DNA from: Candidatus Nanopelagicales bacterium
Lineage (GTDB): Bacteria; Actinomycetota; Actinomycetes; S36-B12; JBBRLC01
DNA length: 64,000 nt
Reading direction: 5' to 3'
Assembly: GCA_038244765.1 (NCBI GenBank)
Contig: JBBRTC010000003.1
Location: 1,332 to 65,331 of the forward strand
Shown: positions 46,255-56,884 of the stretch, one piece after another
How positions within the stretch are numbered: the stretch's first letter is position 1
Layout of the letters: each line of letters opens with the position of its first letter
The notes under the pieces: generated by a model
Database searches by the model: none
The model's input: only the letters and a program-made list of their open reading frames with translations
Told to the model about the DNA's origin: nothing
Program-made: the position numbers and the translations under genes

Positions 46255-46965
46255 TTAGGGGTGGGTAGTGATGAGGTCGGCGGGGGCGCGGCGTCGGCCG
46301 GTGTAGAACGGGGTTTCCTCGCGAACATGCAGTCGCGCTTGCGACGCGCGCAAGTGGCGCATCAAGTCCACAATGCGGTGCAACTCCGCGCACTCAAAGG
46401 CGAGGATCCATTCGTAGTCCCCCAACGCAAAAGACGCCACCGTGTTGGCTCGTACGTCGGGATACTCCCGACCCATGATTCCGTGCTCCATCAACATCGC
46501 GCGACGTTCCTCTTCGGGTAGTACGTACCACTCGTATGACCGCACGAACGGATACACGCACACGTAGTCGCCCGGTTCTTCACCAGCGAGGAATGCGGGC
46601 ACATGCGAGCGATTGAATTCCGCCGGTCGATGCAACGCCATGTTCGACCACACCGGGGTGAGCACACGACCCCAGGCCGTACGTCGCAACATGGAGTAGG
46701 CCTCCTGCAACGCATCCGAGGTCGATGCATGCAACCAGATCATCACGTCCGCGTCGCCCCGCAATCCGGCGACGTCGTAGCAACCTCGGACGATCACATC
46801 CTTGTGAGCTAGCGACTCGAAGAGCGCATCGACTTCGGCAATGACTGCGACTCGGTCATCCGGGAGCCCGTTCTCGACCCGGAAAACCGACCACATGGTG
46901 TAGCGAATTTCGTCGTTGATCTCGCGGGCTTTGGGGCGGGGGGAATCGCTGGTCGGATTGCTCAT
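46255..46965 (-). CDS. hemQ: Coproheme decarboxylase (chlorite dismutase family, HemQ/ChdC)
   Basis: [11 protein letters not shown]..., and the conserved hemY-hemQ adjacency of the coproporphyrin-dependent pathway. Confidence 0.85.
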   Translation of the reverse strand: MSNPTSDSPRPKAREINDEIRYTMWSVFRVENGLPDDRVAVIAEVDALFESLAHKDVIVRGCYDVAGLRGDADVMIWLHASTSDALQEAYSMLRRTAWGRVLTPVWSNMALHRPAEFNRSHVPAFLAGEEPGDYVCVYPFVRSYEWYVLPEEERRAMLMEHGIMGREYPDVRANTVASFALGDYEWILAFECAELHRIVDLMRHLRASQARLHVREETPFYTGRRRAPADLITTHP

Positions 46966-47014
46966 GGGCCTATTCTCTCCGACTGATGCGCGTGCCGGCC
47001 ACTCGGCTTACGAA

Positions 47015-48481
47015 CTAGCGAACACCGAGTTGATCCATCACGGCAGTTGCCGCGGATTGACCGCTGGCGATGCACGCCGCGATTCCCACTCCGTCGTACG
47101 CCGCACCCGCCACTTCTAGTGCGGTATGACTGGCGAGAGCCGACCTGATTCGGGCAACTCGATCAACGTGGCCTACTCGGTATTGCGGCAACGATCCTCC
47201 CCACCGCGTCACGACGTGATCTATCGAGTCCGCTCGGGCGCCGATGAGGGGGCGCAGTTCCGACTCGGCTATCGAGGCGAGTTCGTCATCGTCGCACTGC
47301 AATACGTGCTGTTCGCCGAAGCGACCGACCGACGCGCGAAGGATGACAAGCGGTTCCGCTTCCTCGGCGCACAACTGCGCGAGCCATCCCCACTTCGACG
47401 ACGAATACGTCGACGCCTTCACGATTCGATCCGGGCGCGGCACCATCAACAAGCCGCTCGACCGGTCAACGCCCACTTCGTCGACGTCGCAACGCCGAAA
47501 CGCCATCGTGATCACCGCAACGCTCGCGTAGTCAATCGCCGCGATGTCCTCCGCTGCCGCACTGGCGACATCGCGGACCAAGCGAGCGGCGGCGAGCCCC
47601 GGCGTGGCGATCACGATCCCGTCGAACTCCGCGACTGCTGGTACGGCGGCTGATCCGAGCGTGAGCGACCACCCGGACGCGGTTCGTGCAAGTCCACGCA
47701 CGGTTGTGTTGAACCGCACCTCGGCTCCGCGAGCTGCCAACACTCCGAGCGCCGCATCAACGACGCGGCTGACACCCCCATGCACGCCGACAAACCGATT
47801 CCCTCCTCGCGAGCCCCTAGAGCCGACTTCCAGATCCACGGCACGCGCGCGTGCCACCAATTCGCGAGCCGCCGTGGTGAGGGCGACCCCTTTCGTCGCT
47901 GCGGCGTAGATCCCAGGAATGCACGCCTGCAGGCTCAACTCATCGGCGTGGCCGGCGTACACCCCACCGAGCAACGGTTCGATGAGCCGGTCAACCACTT
48001 CATCGCCGAGCCGAGTACGCACGAATCCACCGAGCGACACGTCGGCGTCAATCGTGTTGGTGGGGCGATTCGCTTCGGCGCGAACGAATTCCAATGCCTG
48101 TGGTGACAACACTCCCGCGCGATCTAGCGAATCCAGATCGCCCGGAATTCCCAGCACCAGGCCCGGCGGTAGCGCGCGCGCGACGCCATCGCTGAGCACC
48201 AGCCCGGGCGCGCTAATCGCTGGCACCACTAAGTCCGAGCCAAGCCCGACGTGTCGCGCTAAGTCCGCAGCCTCGGGGCGAGTGGCCAACATTGACTCGG
48301 CTCCTACATCCACCGTGACTCCGGCCACCGAGTCCAACTGCAACTTCCCACCGGCTCGACTCGATGACTCCAACACGACAACTTCGGGCGGATTCGGCCG
48401 CGATGACAGCTGAAGCGCTGCGGCGAGTCCGGCAATCCCGCCACCCACAACAGCAATTCGTTGTCGCGGGGTCGAAGTCAC
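47015..48481 (-). CDS. hemY: Coproporphyrinogen/protoporphyrinogen oxidase (HemY/CgoX)
   Basis: IAVVGGGIAGLAAAL FAD fold. 488 aa. Lies between hemE and hemQ. Confidence 0.88.
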   Translation of the reverse strand: MTSTPRQRIAVVGGGIAGLAAALQLSSRPNPPEVVVLESSSRAGGKLQLDSVAGVTVDVGAESMLATRPEAADLARHVGLGSDLVVPAISAPGLVLSDGVARALPPGLVLGIPGDLDSLDRAGVLSPQALEFVRAEANRPTNTIDADVSLGGFVRTRLGDEVVDRLIEPLLGGVYAGHADELSLQACIPGIYAAATKGVALTTAARELVARARAVDLEVGSRGSRGGNRFVGVHGGVSRVVDAALGVLAARGAEVRFNTTVRGLARTASGWSLTLGSAAVPAVAEFDGIVIATPGLAAARLVRDVASAAAEDIAAIDYASVAVITMAFRRCDVDEVGVDRSSGLLMVPRPDRIVKASTYSSSKWGWLAQLCAEEAEPLVILRASVGRFGEQHVLQCDDDELASIAESELRPLIGARADSIDHVVTRWGGSLPQYRVGHVDRVARIRSALASHTALEVAGAAYDGVGIAACIASGQSAATAVMDQLGVR

Positions 48482-48501
48482 TCGGGCGCCTGCCAGTTCA
48501 T

Positions 48502-49611
48502 TTAGTTCACCGAGGTGTTGTGGACTGACTCAACGACCCGGGCGAGCGCATCGGGGTTGGTCTCGGGCAGTACCCCGTGACCCAGATTGAAGATGTGTCC
48601 GCGGGCGCCGCGCCCGCTCTGCACGATACGAGCCACTGCCTCATCGAGAGCATCGGAGGATGCAAACAGCAAGGCTGGATCGAGATTGCCTTGCACCGAG
48701 ACGCCAGGACCGAGACGAGCGATCGCGTCGACCAAATCTACGCGGTAGTCCACGCCGACGACATCGCATCCGACGCTGGCCATCGACGTGAGCAACTCAC
48801 CGGTCCCGACGCCGAACTGAATCATCGGAGCGCCGAGGCCGCGTACTCGATCGAAGCAGGCGCGCGAATGGGATAGCACGTGTCGCTCGTAGTCTCGGCG
48901 GCTCAACGACCCTGCCCACGAGTCGAACAACTGCACAGCGCTCGCGCCATGGAGTACTTGAAGTCGCAGGAATTCCCCGGCGATGTCTGCCAGCCGCGCG
49001 CACAAGTCGGACCAGAGTTCAGGGTCGCTGTGCATAAGAGCTTTGGTATGCACATGATCTCGACTCGGTCCACCTTCGACGAGGTACGACGCCAACGTGA
49101 ACGGTGCTCCGGCGAAACCGATCAGCGGCGTTGCTCCCAACTCACCTGCCTCGGAGGTCAGCAACGAGACCGCCGCCAGCACGGACTCCACATCGGCTTG
49201 TTCGAGTTCCCGTAGGCGCGCAAGGTCGGCACGGGTTCGAAATGGCCGCGCCACAACCGGTCCGACTCCCGGAACAATTTCGACATCGACACCAACGGCG
49301 CGCAGAGGAACCACAATGTCGGAGAAGAAGATTGCGGCGTCCACCCCGTAGCGACGTACCGGTTGCATAGTGATCTCGGCAACCATGTCCGTGCGGAAGC
49401 ACGTATCCAGCATCGAGGTTCCTTCGCGCAAGGCGCGATACTCCGGCAACGAGCGACCCGCCTGACGCATAAACCACACCGGGATTCGCGTCGGCCTACG
49501 CCCCAGCGCGGCCGCAATGAGTGGTGAATCCGATGTACGGCCCGACGTCAACGGATGCGTAGCGGGCAGCGCAGCTGACGGGACGGCACTTGATGGCGCG
49601 GCGATGGTCAC
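48502..49611 (-). CDS. hemE: Uroporphyrinogen decarboxylase
   Basis: PVWFMRQAGRSLPEYR signature. Confidence 0.93.
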   Translation of the reverse strand: MTIAAPSSAVPSAALPATHPLTSGRTSDSPLIAAALGRRPTRIPVWFMRQAGRSLPEYRALREGTSMLDTCFRTDMVAEITMQPVRRYGVDAAIFFSDIVVPLRAVGVDVEIVPGVGPVVARPFRTRADLARLRELEQADVESVLAAVSLLTSEAGELGATPLIGFAGAPFTLASYLVEGGPSRDHVHTKALMHSDPELWSDLCARLADIAGEFLRLQVLHGASAVQLFDSWAGSLSRRDYERHVLSHSRACFDRVRGLGAPMIQFGVGTGELLTSMASVGCDVVGVDYRVDLVDAIARLGPGVSVQGNLDPALLFASSDALDEAVARIVQSGRGARGHIFNLGHGVLPETNPDALARVVESVHNTSVN

Positions 49612-49636
49612 ACCGCCGATCGTCGCACGTGCGGTC

Positions 49637-50473
49637 TCACCCGGCGCCGCCCGTACTTATCAGAGCAACTCCGCACAGCGCGATCCCGACGCCGACATAT
49701 TGCACGGGCACAAGGCGCTCGTCGTGGAACCAACGGGCGAGCACGACGGTTGTCACCGGGTATAGCGAACCGAGCACCGACACGATCACTAGCAACCCCA
49801 GTCCCGTCGCGACCCCAAACGACAGGTTCGCCGCGACGTCGAAGATGCCGATCGCGGCGAGCATTCCGATGTCGGCGGGCACAAGACCACCTCGGCTACG
49901 CGCGAAAGATGCGATGACCAGAACCACCGCCACGGTTGTCGCACGCATCGCGACCATCGTCATCACCGCGCTGGTACGGCTGCCTTGGGCAATGGCCGAC
50001 AAGGACGTTCCAAACATCAGCGCCGCGAGGCCAGCCAACAGCAACGGAAGGAGCTCTGTCCGGCCCGTCAGTTCCGGTCCACTCGCTGCGACGATGCCCA
50101 TAAGGGCAAGTGCAATGCCAACAAACTGTGCCGCCGTGGGCGACTCGCCGCGGATCAAACCCAAACCCAGCGGGACCAGGACGCCGAGTCCGGCGATCGG
50201 CGCGACGATGCCCATGGTTCCTCGCGACAAGGCCGCATAAAACGCCACCAACCCGATGAAGCCAGACAGGCTCGCAAGGATGGCCCACCGCCAGTACGCC
50301 GGATCGTCGCCCCACTTTCCGAGAACGCTGGCGATGGCAATCGCGGCGACGAGTCCGGCCAACTGAGAGCCGCCGACGACAGCGAGGGCCGGACGGCGCC
50401 GGGACAGGGTGCCACCGAGAAAGTCCGCACTTCCCCACATCACGCTGGAGATCAGCGCTAGGAAGACGGCCAT
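49637..50473 (-). CDS. EamA/DMT family transporter
   Basis: 10-TM profile; N-terminal ALISSVMWGSADFLGG. Confidence 0.75.
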   Translation of the reverse strand: MAVFLALISSVMWGSADFLGGTLSRRRPALAVVGGSQLAGLVAAIAIASVLGKWGDDPAYWRWAILASLSGFIGLVAFYAALSRGTMGIVAPIAGLGVLVPLGLGLIRGESPTAAQFVGIALALMGIVAASGPELTGRTELLPLLLAGLAALMFGTSLSAIAQGSRTSAVMTMVAMRATTVAVVLVIASFARSRGGLVPADIGMLAAIGIFDVAANLSFGVATGLGLLVIVSVLGSLYPVTTVVLARWFHDERLVPVQYVGVGIALCGVALISTGGAG

Positions 50474-50577
50474 CGGGCGACTCTAAGGCGTGGGCCACGG
50501 GGGCTGAAATTATTGCGACGCGCCGACCGTATTCGTCGCTACCGGTTCCACCGACAGATGCGACTTACTCTCAGGGC

Positions 50578-51177
50578 GTGACTTCGGTGCGGCGTCCAGA
50601 CGCAAACTTCAGCGGAACGAGCGGCGGGGATTTCTCCGCCGACTTCGCCGCTGCGCTGACATCGTTGTCGGGATTCACCACCCGACCCGAAATCGACATT
50701 GACGAGGCCCCGGCCCCCCAGCGTCTCGCCCGCTTCGCCCTCGCGCTCACCGCTGACGTCGGTGCCGAGGAGGAACTCGGAAGTGGGCGCCTGGTCGTAC
50801 TCCATGAACCCGACGGTCAGCCGACGTGGCACGGCACGTTTCGGATCGTGACTTTCATTCGGGCCCACGTCGAATCGGAACTCGCCGCCGACCCCATGCT
50901 GGCCGAGGTGGGTTGGGCGTGGCTGGTCGAGTCCCTGCAACGCAATCAGGCTGAGTACGGCCACATCGCCGGCACTGTGACGCGGACGGCTTCGACGTCG
51001 TTTGGATCAATGTCCGATCAGCGCGCCAAAGGTGAACTCGAAGTGCGTGCGTCCTGGACGGCGATGCACCACAACTTGGCTCCACACGTCCGGGCGTGGA
51101 CCGAATTGCTGGCGACCGCTGCGGGGCTCGAACCGCTTGCGCCTGGAGTGGTGGCGTTACCTCGTCGTGCCCGCTGA
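50578..51177 (+). CDS. DUF3000 domain protein
   Basis: RPEIDIDEAPAPQRLARFALALTADV... Position equivalent to Rv2680, next to RNase D. Confidence 0.65.
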   Translation: MTSVRRPDANFSGTSGGDFSADFAAALTSLSGFTTRPEIDIDEAPAPQRLARFALALTADVGAEEELGSGRLVVLHEPDGQPTWHGTFRIVTFIRAHVESELAADPMLAEVGWAWLVESLQRNQAEYGHIAGTVTRTASTSFGSMSDQRAKGELEVRASWTAMHHNLAPHVRAWTELLATAAGLEPLAPGVVALPRRAR

Positions 51178-51370
51178 CTCTGACTGAGCATCTCGGCTCG
51201 CTCAAGACCAGCCTCGTCACCCACACGCCAGCTGGCCCCACCCGAACGGGTGAGCGTAGGCCCTCGTTGGGCGTAGCGGGTCAAGTAACCGCGCAGGGGG
51301 TCCGATACGGCACAAGGACCTCAAATTCGTGGTCTTGAGTGTATTGCTGTCACCGTTGAGGAGGCCCGGC

Positions 51371-52000
51371 GTGGTCGCTGTTGTCGAACGCCCAGGCGCC
51401 GGACTTGCTGGACTCCCCCGGTCCCGCTTTACCGCGTTGTTAGTTGCTGAATCGCCGCACCGGAGGGCTTTTCTCGCCTCGCGACTGCGTGGTCTCGGAG
51501 CTCGCGACGTGATTGAGGCAGCCAGTGCCGCCGAGGCACGCGTGCGCGCTCGCCATGAATCCTCGCAAGAACTCCTGATCGTCGACGGTGGACTGCCCGA
51601 CAGTCCCGTGTTGCCGCTCTTGGCGGAGTTGCGCCAGCTGGGGTGGCGTCGAGTAGTCCTGCTCACCGTTCGCGATGACTCGTACGCCGTCCGAGCGGCG
51701 ATGGCTGGCGGAGCCCGCGGTTACCTCGTCACCGCAGACCACTCCGTCCCTGACCCGCTCCCCTTCGTTGCGGTCAACCGCAGTCGTAGCCGTTCAGGCT
51801 CGCCCGATGATTTGTCGGCTCGCGAAGTCGAGGTGCTTCAACTCGTTGCTGAAGGGCACTCCAACAAGGCAGTCGGGGAAGACTTGGGTCTTTCCGCGTT
51901 GACCGTGAAGAGTCACCTCGCTCGTATCGCCCGCAAGCTAGGAACCGGTGACCGCGCCGAAATGGTCGCCCTCTCGATGCGGGCTGGCCTGGTCCGCTAG
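51371..52000 (+). CDS. LuxR/FixJ-type response regulator with atypical receiver domain (orphan)
   Basis: C-terminal HTH: LSAREVEVLQLVAEGHSNKAVGEDLGLSALTVKSHLARIARKLG. Receiver-like N-domain. GTG 51371 is preceded by GAGGAGG; ORF track start is 51329. Confidence 0.75.
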   Translation: MVAVVERPGAGLAGLPRSRFTALLVAESPHRRAFLASRLRGLGARDVIEAASAAEARVRARHESSQELLIVDGGLPDSPVLPLLAELRQLGWRRVVLLTVRDDSYAVRAAMAGGARGYLVTADHSVPDPLPFVAVNRSRSRSGSPDDLSAREVEVLQLVAEGHSNKAVGEDLGLSALTVKSHLARIARKLGTGDRAEMVALSMRAGLVR

Positions 52001-52080
52001 TCGGATCCGTGATCGTGTAGCCGCGCGGCTGTGTCGGGCCTTTTTACGGGACAGACCTACCCACGTCGTACGGTGGGCAC

Positions 52081-53478
52081 GTGACGTCATCGCCGGACAA
52101 CTCCGCGCCGGAGCCCGGTGACGTTGAGATCGCAGCTGGCGTGGGATCCGCTGGTGACGCTGACGACGCAGCACTGGTCATACCTCCCTTGCTCCTGGCC
52201 GACGGTTTACCTCCTCTCATCGATGAGCCAGGTCCGTTGGCTGAGGCGGTCACCGCGTTGCGCGACGGCCATGGCCCGATCGCCGTCGATGCGGAACGAG
52301 CATCGGGCTATCGATACGGACAACGCGCCTATCTCGTGCAACTTCGACGTTCCGGCGCCGGCACCATGCTCATCGACCCGACTGCCTTTGACGATTTGAG
52401 ATCGCTCGCTGCGGTACTGGGGGAATCGGAGTGGGTGCTGCACGCGGCCAACCAAGATCTGCCTTGCCTCGCGGAGATCGGTCTCATCCCGCACGCTGGA
52501 GTCTTCGACACCGAGTTGGCCGGACGACTTCTCGGACTTCCCCGAGTCGGGCTCGCAGCACTCATGGAACGCCAACTCGGGTTCTCGCTAGCCAAGGAGC
52601 ACTCCGCCGCGGACTGGTCGACTCGGCCACTGCCGGAAGCGTGGTTGCACTACGCCGCCCTAGACGTTGAACTGCTCGTGGAACTGCGCGACATCCTCGA
52701 TGAACTCCTCGTCGTTGCTGGCAAACGCGAGTGGGCCAGCGAAGAATTCGCCGCGATCGTGGCGGCACCGCCTGCGCGTCCGCGCACCGATCCCTGGCGG
52801 CGTACCTCAGGCATGCACCGGGTACGCAACCCGCGCGGTTTGGCGATCGTTCGAGGGCTCTGGTACTCCCGCGACGAGATCGCACAGACCCGCGACATTT
52901 CGCCGGGTCGGATCCTGGCCGATGCCGCGATTATTGAAGCCTCACTCGCGCTACCGAGTGATATCGATGCCCTGCAAGCGCTCGGTGCCTTTCGCCATCG
53001 CGGCGCAAAGCGCCACATTGCGACGTGGAGTCGCTCGGTGTCAGCCGCATTGGCGCTGCCGGCCTCTGAATTGCCACCCCTGTCGCTCCCTGGCGATGGC
53101 CCGCCGCCGCCGCGCGTTTGGGCCGACCGCGATCCGGTGGCGGCGGCCCGGCTTCGCAAGGCTCGAGCCGATCTCAACGGGGTGGCTGCATCGAGTGACC
53201 TACCGGTGGAAAACCTCATCTCACCGGACGCTGTCCGCCGGGTGATCTGGAAACCGCCGACTCCGACCACAGCCGAGGCGGTCGCCGCGGACCTCGTCCG
53301 ACTCGGCGCCCGCCCCTGGCAGATTGAACTAACCCTTCCGATATTTCTCGAGGCCCTCGCCATTACCGAACCGGTGGATATCGAGGCAGAGCCGGGCCTA
53401 GGTGAGTCGCCGCCCACCGAGGTATCCCCCCCCATGTCGCCCCCGGCCAGCCCGCCACCGGATGCGACCTCCGACTAG
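52081..53478 (+). CDS. rnd: Ribonuclease D-like 3'-5' exonuclease with HRDC domain
   Basis: DEDD motifs (IAVDAERASGYRY, HAANQDL, YAALDVELL) and an HRDC-like middle region. Confidence 0.75.
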   Translation: MTSSPDNSAPEPGDVEIAAGVGSAGDADDAALVIPPLLLADGLPPLIDEPGPLAEAVTALRDGHGPIAVDAERASGYRYGQRAYLVQLRRSGAGTMLIDPTAFDDLRSLAAVLGESEWVLHAANQDLPCLAEIGLIPHAGVFDTELAGRLLGLPRVGLAALMERQLGFSLAKEHSAADWSTRPLPEAWLHYAALDVELLVELRDILDELLVVAGKREWASEEFAAIVAAPPARPRTDPWRRTSGMHRVRNPRGLAIVRGLWYSRDEIAQTRDISPGRILADAAIIEASLALPSDIDALQALGAFRHRGAKRHIATWSRSVSAALALPASELPPLSLPGDGPPPPRVWADRDPVAAARLRKARADLNGVAASSDLPVENLISPDAVRRVIWKPPTPTTAEAVAADLVRLGARPWQIELTLPIFLEALAITEPVDIEAEPGLGESPPTEVSPPMSPPASPPPDATSD

Positions 53479-53571
53479 CGCGCACTAGGGCAGTTACTCG
53501 TCAGTAGAGTAGGCTGTTACCGGCCAGTAACTCGCCCCCTTCGGCCTCCCCCGGACCGCCCAGGAGCCCCC

Positions 53572-54795
53572 ATGTCTGAGACCACGCGCCCGTCCCGTCT
53601 GATCCGCGATGTCGTCGTCGTTGACGCCGTACGGACCCCATTTGGTCGCGCCGGCGACAAGGGGATGTACGCCCGCACCCGTGCTGACGATCTCGCCGTC
53701 AACGTGCTACGCGAGCTGGTGCGACGTAACGATGCACTGGCGCCAGACCGGATCGACGACGTCGCCATCGCCGCGACGACCCAGATCGGCGATCAAGGAC
53801 TCACGATCGGGCGAACTGCTGGCATCTTGGCGGGGTTGCCACGTTCGGTTCCCGGGTTTTCCATCGACCGAATGTGTGCTGGCGCGATGACGTCGGTGAC
53901 CACGATGGCTTCCGCCATCGGCATCGGCGCCTACGAAGTGGCCATTGCCGGTGGGGTCGAGCACATGGGTCGACATCCGATGGGCGAAGGCGTCGACCCG
54001 AATCCGCGTTTTGTGTCTGAGCGCTTGGTAGATCCCGATGCGCTGCAGATGGGCAAGACGGCCGAAAACTTGCATGATCGCTTCCCGCATCTCAGCCGCG
54101 CACGCGCCGACGAGTACGCCGTGCGAAGCCAGGAGAAAACCGCCAAGGCCTACGCCGACGGACGAATTCAGCCCGACCTCGTCCCGGTCGCGACGCGAAC
54201 CGCGGACGGCGGCTGGGGTCTTGCCACCGTCGATGAACCACCGCGCCCCGGGACCACCGTCGCCGGGCTCAGTGAACTCAAAACTCCGTTCCGCCCGCAC
54301 GGTCGCGTCACGGCCGGCAACGCTGCCGGTCTCAACGACGGCGCCACTGCAGCGTTACTCACCTCGGAAGCAGTCGCCGACGAGTTGGGGCTCACCAAGA
54401 AGTTGCGCCTCGTCTCGTTCGCCTTCGCCGGGGTTGAACCAGAAGTGATGGGCGTCGGCCCCGTGCCATCGACGGAAAAAGCCTTGCGGCTGGCCGGTTT
54501 GAGCATCGATGACATTCAGCGATTCGAAGTCAATGAAGCGTTCGCGGTGCAGGTGCTGGCCTTCCTCGATCACTTTGGCGTTGCCGACGATGACCCTCGG
54601 GTCAACCCGATGGGCGGCGCCATCGCCGTCGGTCATCCGTTGGCGTCCAGTGGCGTACGGCTGATGGCCTACCTCGCCAACGAATTCGTCGCTCACCCCG
54701 AGGTTCAATATGGCCTCACCACCATGTGCATTGGCTTGGGCATGGGCGGAACGGTCATCTGGGAAAACCCCAACTTCGACGGGTCGAGGAACTGA
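53572..54795 (+). CDS. fadA: Acetyl-CoA C-acyltransferase (thiolase)
   Basis: Active-site Cys (IDRMCAGAM), NEAFA, and GGAIAVGHPLASSG...CIGLGMG. Confidence 0.92.
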   Translation: MSETTRPSRLIRDVVVVDAVRTPFGRAGDKGMYARTRADDLAVNVLRELVRRNDALAPDRIDDVAIAATTQIGDQGLTIGRTAGILAGLPRSVPGFSIDRMCAGAMTSVTTMASAIGIGAYEVAIAGGVEHMGRHPMGEGVDPNPRFVSERLVDPDALQMGKTAENLHDRFPHLSRARADEYAVRSQEKTAKAYADGRIQPDLVPVATRTADGGWGLATVDEPPRPGTTVAGLSELKTPFRPHGRVTAGNAAGLNDGATAALLTSEAVADELGLTKKLRLVSFAFAGVEPEVMGVGPVPSTEKALRLAGLSIDDIQRFEVNEAFAVQVLAFLDHFGVADDDPRVNPMGGAIAVGHPLASSGVRLMAYLANEFVAHPEVQYGLTTMCIGLGMGGTVIWENPNFDGSRN

Positions 54796-54796
54796 C

Positions 54797-56884
54797 ATGA
54801 GCGATGCCGTACACCCCAACGAAATCGTCACCCATTCGGTCGTCACGCTGGTCGACATCCCTGGTGGTCCCGGGCGAATTGCCGTCATCACCTTGGACAA
54901 CGGGTTCGATCACGCGAAACCCAATACGTTCGGGCCGGCCGGTTTGCAAGAACTCGACACCGCGTTGACCGAAGCGCTTTCGCACAATGTCAGCGCTGTC
55001 TGCGTCACGGGCAAGCCGTTCATCTTCGCTGTGGGGGCAGATCTCACTGGCGTCCCGATGATTGCGTCGCGCGACGCCGCTCTGCAGATCAGCGAACTCG
55101 GTCACCGGGTCTTCCGGCGTTTCGGCGAGTGCGGCCTACCGACCTTCGCATTTGTCAACGGCGCTGCGCTAGGTGGTGGAGTCGAGCTCGCGCTTCACTG
55201 CACCTATCGCACGATCTCCACCGGGGTCACTGCGTTTGCCCTTCCGGAAGTCTTCCTCGGAATTGTTCCGGGCTGGGGTGGCTCCTACTTGCTTCCGCAT
55301 CTCATCGGAATCGACGCCGCGACCACGGTCATCGTCGAGAATCCGTTGAATACCAACCGAATGTTGACTGGTCCTCGCGCGGCCAAGTTGGGCATCGCTG
55401 ACCGCCTGCTCGAACCCGCCGATTTCCTCGAGCGCTCACTGAACTGGGCCGGGGCCGTACTCCGCGACGAATTGAGCGTCCCGCGTCGCCCGCTCGACAG
55501 CCAGGAGACGTGGGACGCCGCGATCGCGCGTGGCCGCGAAATCGCCGACGACAAGTTTCATGGCGCAACTCCGGCGCCGTACCGGGCCCTCGACCTGCTA
55601 CGCGACGCGCGCGGCCGTTCTCGAGACGAGGGTTTCGCCGCCGAGGATGTGGCCCTCGCCGATTTGCTCATGACCAACGAACTTCGTGCTGGTCTGTACG
55701 CTTTCGATCTCGTACAGCGTCGCGCAAAGCGACCCGTCGGCGTACCCGACAAGTCGCTGGCTCGCCCCATCACCAAGGTCGGGATCGTTGGGGCCGGCCT
55801 GATGGCCACCCAACTGGCGTTGCTTTTTGTGCGCCGTCTTCAGGTGCCCGTCGTTATCACCGACCTTGACCAAACTCGCGTCGACGCGGGGTTGGAACAG
55901 ATTCGAGCCGAGATTAGCGCTCTGGTGGAGAAGAAGCGCATCAGTACGGACAAGGCGAACCGATTCATCGCATTAGTCACCGGTGCGACTGACAAGTTTG
56001 GTTTTGCCGACGCGGACTTTGTCATCGAAGCCGTGTTTGAGGAATTGTCGGTGAAGCAAACTGTGTTTGCAGAACTCGAGGCCATCGTCTCCCCCACCTG
56101 CGTTCTTGCAACGAACACGTCATCTCTGTCGATCAGCGCGATGGGCGCAAAACTTGAGCATCCAGAACGAGTAGTCGGATTTCATTTCTTCAATCCCGTA
56201 GCCGTCATGCCGCTACTAGAAATCGCGAAGGCGGATAACACTGATGACGCCACCCTGGCTACCGCCTTTTCCGTCGGCAAGTCGCTCGGCAAGTCGGCCG
56301 TCCTCGTCGCTGATGCGCCGGCCTTTGTTGTCAATCGTCTACTCACCCGGTTTCTCGGCGAGGTAACCGCTGCGGTCGACGAGGGCACCCCCTTCAACGT
56401 CGCAGATAACGCGCTGGCGCCGCTCGGTCTGCCGATGACTCCGTTTGCGCTTCTTCAACTGGTCGGACCGGCCGTCGCGCTGCACGTGTCGGAAACCATG
56501 CACGACGCCTACCCCGACCGTTTCTCGGTATCTGAGAATCAGCGCCGGATCGTCGAAGCAGGTAAGCGCTCATTGATGCGTTTCGACGGTACGGGATTTA
56601 GCATCGATCCGAGTGTCGCGGAGCTGTTCGAGGTCGGGACGACGCCGTCGACGTCGGGTGAGGTACGCCAACGCGCGCTCGACGCACTGGCTCAAGAAAT
56701 CGCGTTAATGCTGTCCAGCGGTGTCGTGTCCGCGCCCCAAGACATCGACCTGTGCATGCTCTTGGGTGCGGGCTGGCCGTTCCACCTGGGCGGCATCACG
56801 CCCTACCTCGATCGGACGGGGACATCCGAGCGAGTCAATGGGTCGCGGTTCCTACCACCGGGATACTCAACGCTGCCGCAGTGA
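54797..56884 (+). CDS. fadB: Fatty-acid oxidation multifunctional enzyme (enoyl-CoA hydratase / 3-hydroxyacyl-CoA dehydrogenase)
   Basis: Crotonase fold (FIFAVGADL...GGGVELAL) followed by an NAD-binding domain (VGIVGAGLMATQLA). ATG 54797 lies 1 nt after the fadA stop. Confidence 0.92.
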   Translation: MSDAVHPNEIVTHSVVTLVDIPGGPGRIAVITLDNGFDHAKPNTFGPAGLQELDTALTEALSHNVSAVCVTGKPFIFAVGADLTGVPMIASRDAALQISELGHRVFRRFGECGLPTFAFVNGAALGGGVELALHCTYRTISTGVTAFALPEVFLGIVPGWGGSYLLPHLIGIDAATTVIVENPLNTNRMLTGPRAAKLGIADRLLEPADFLERSLNWAGAVLRDELSVPRRPLDSQETWDAAIARGREIADDKFHGATPAPYRALDLLRDARGRSRDEGFAAEDVALADLLMTNELRAGLYAFDLVQRRAKRPVGVPDKSLARPITKVGIVGAGLMATQLALLFVRRLQVPVVITDLDQTRVDAGLEQIRAEISALVEKKRISTDKANRFIALVTGATDKFGFADADFVIEAVFEELSVKQTVFAELEAIVSPTCVLATNTSSLSISAMGAKLEHPERVVGFHFFNPVAVMPLLEIAKADNTDDATLATAFSVGKSLGKSAVLVADAPAFVVNRLLTRFLGEVTAAVDEGTPFNVADNALAPLGLPMTPFALLQLVGPAVALHVSETMHDAYPDRFSVSENQRRIVEAGKRSLMRFDGTGFSIDPSVAELFEVGTTPSTSGEVRQRALDALAQEIALMLSSGVVSAPQDIDLCMLLGAGWPFHLGGITPYLDRTGTSERVNGSRFLPPGYSTLPQ

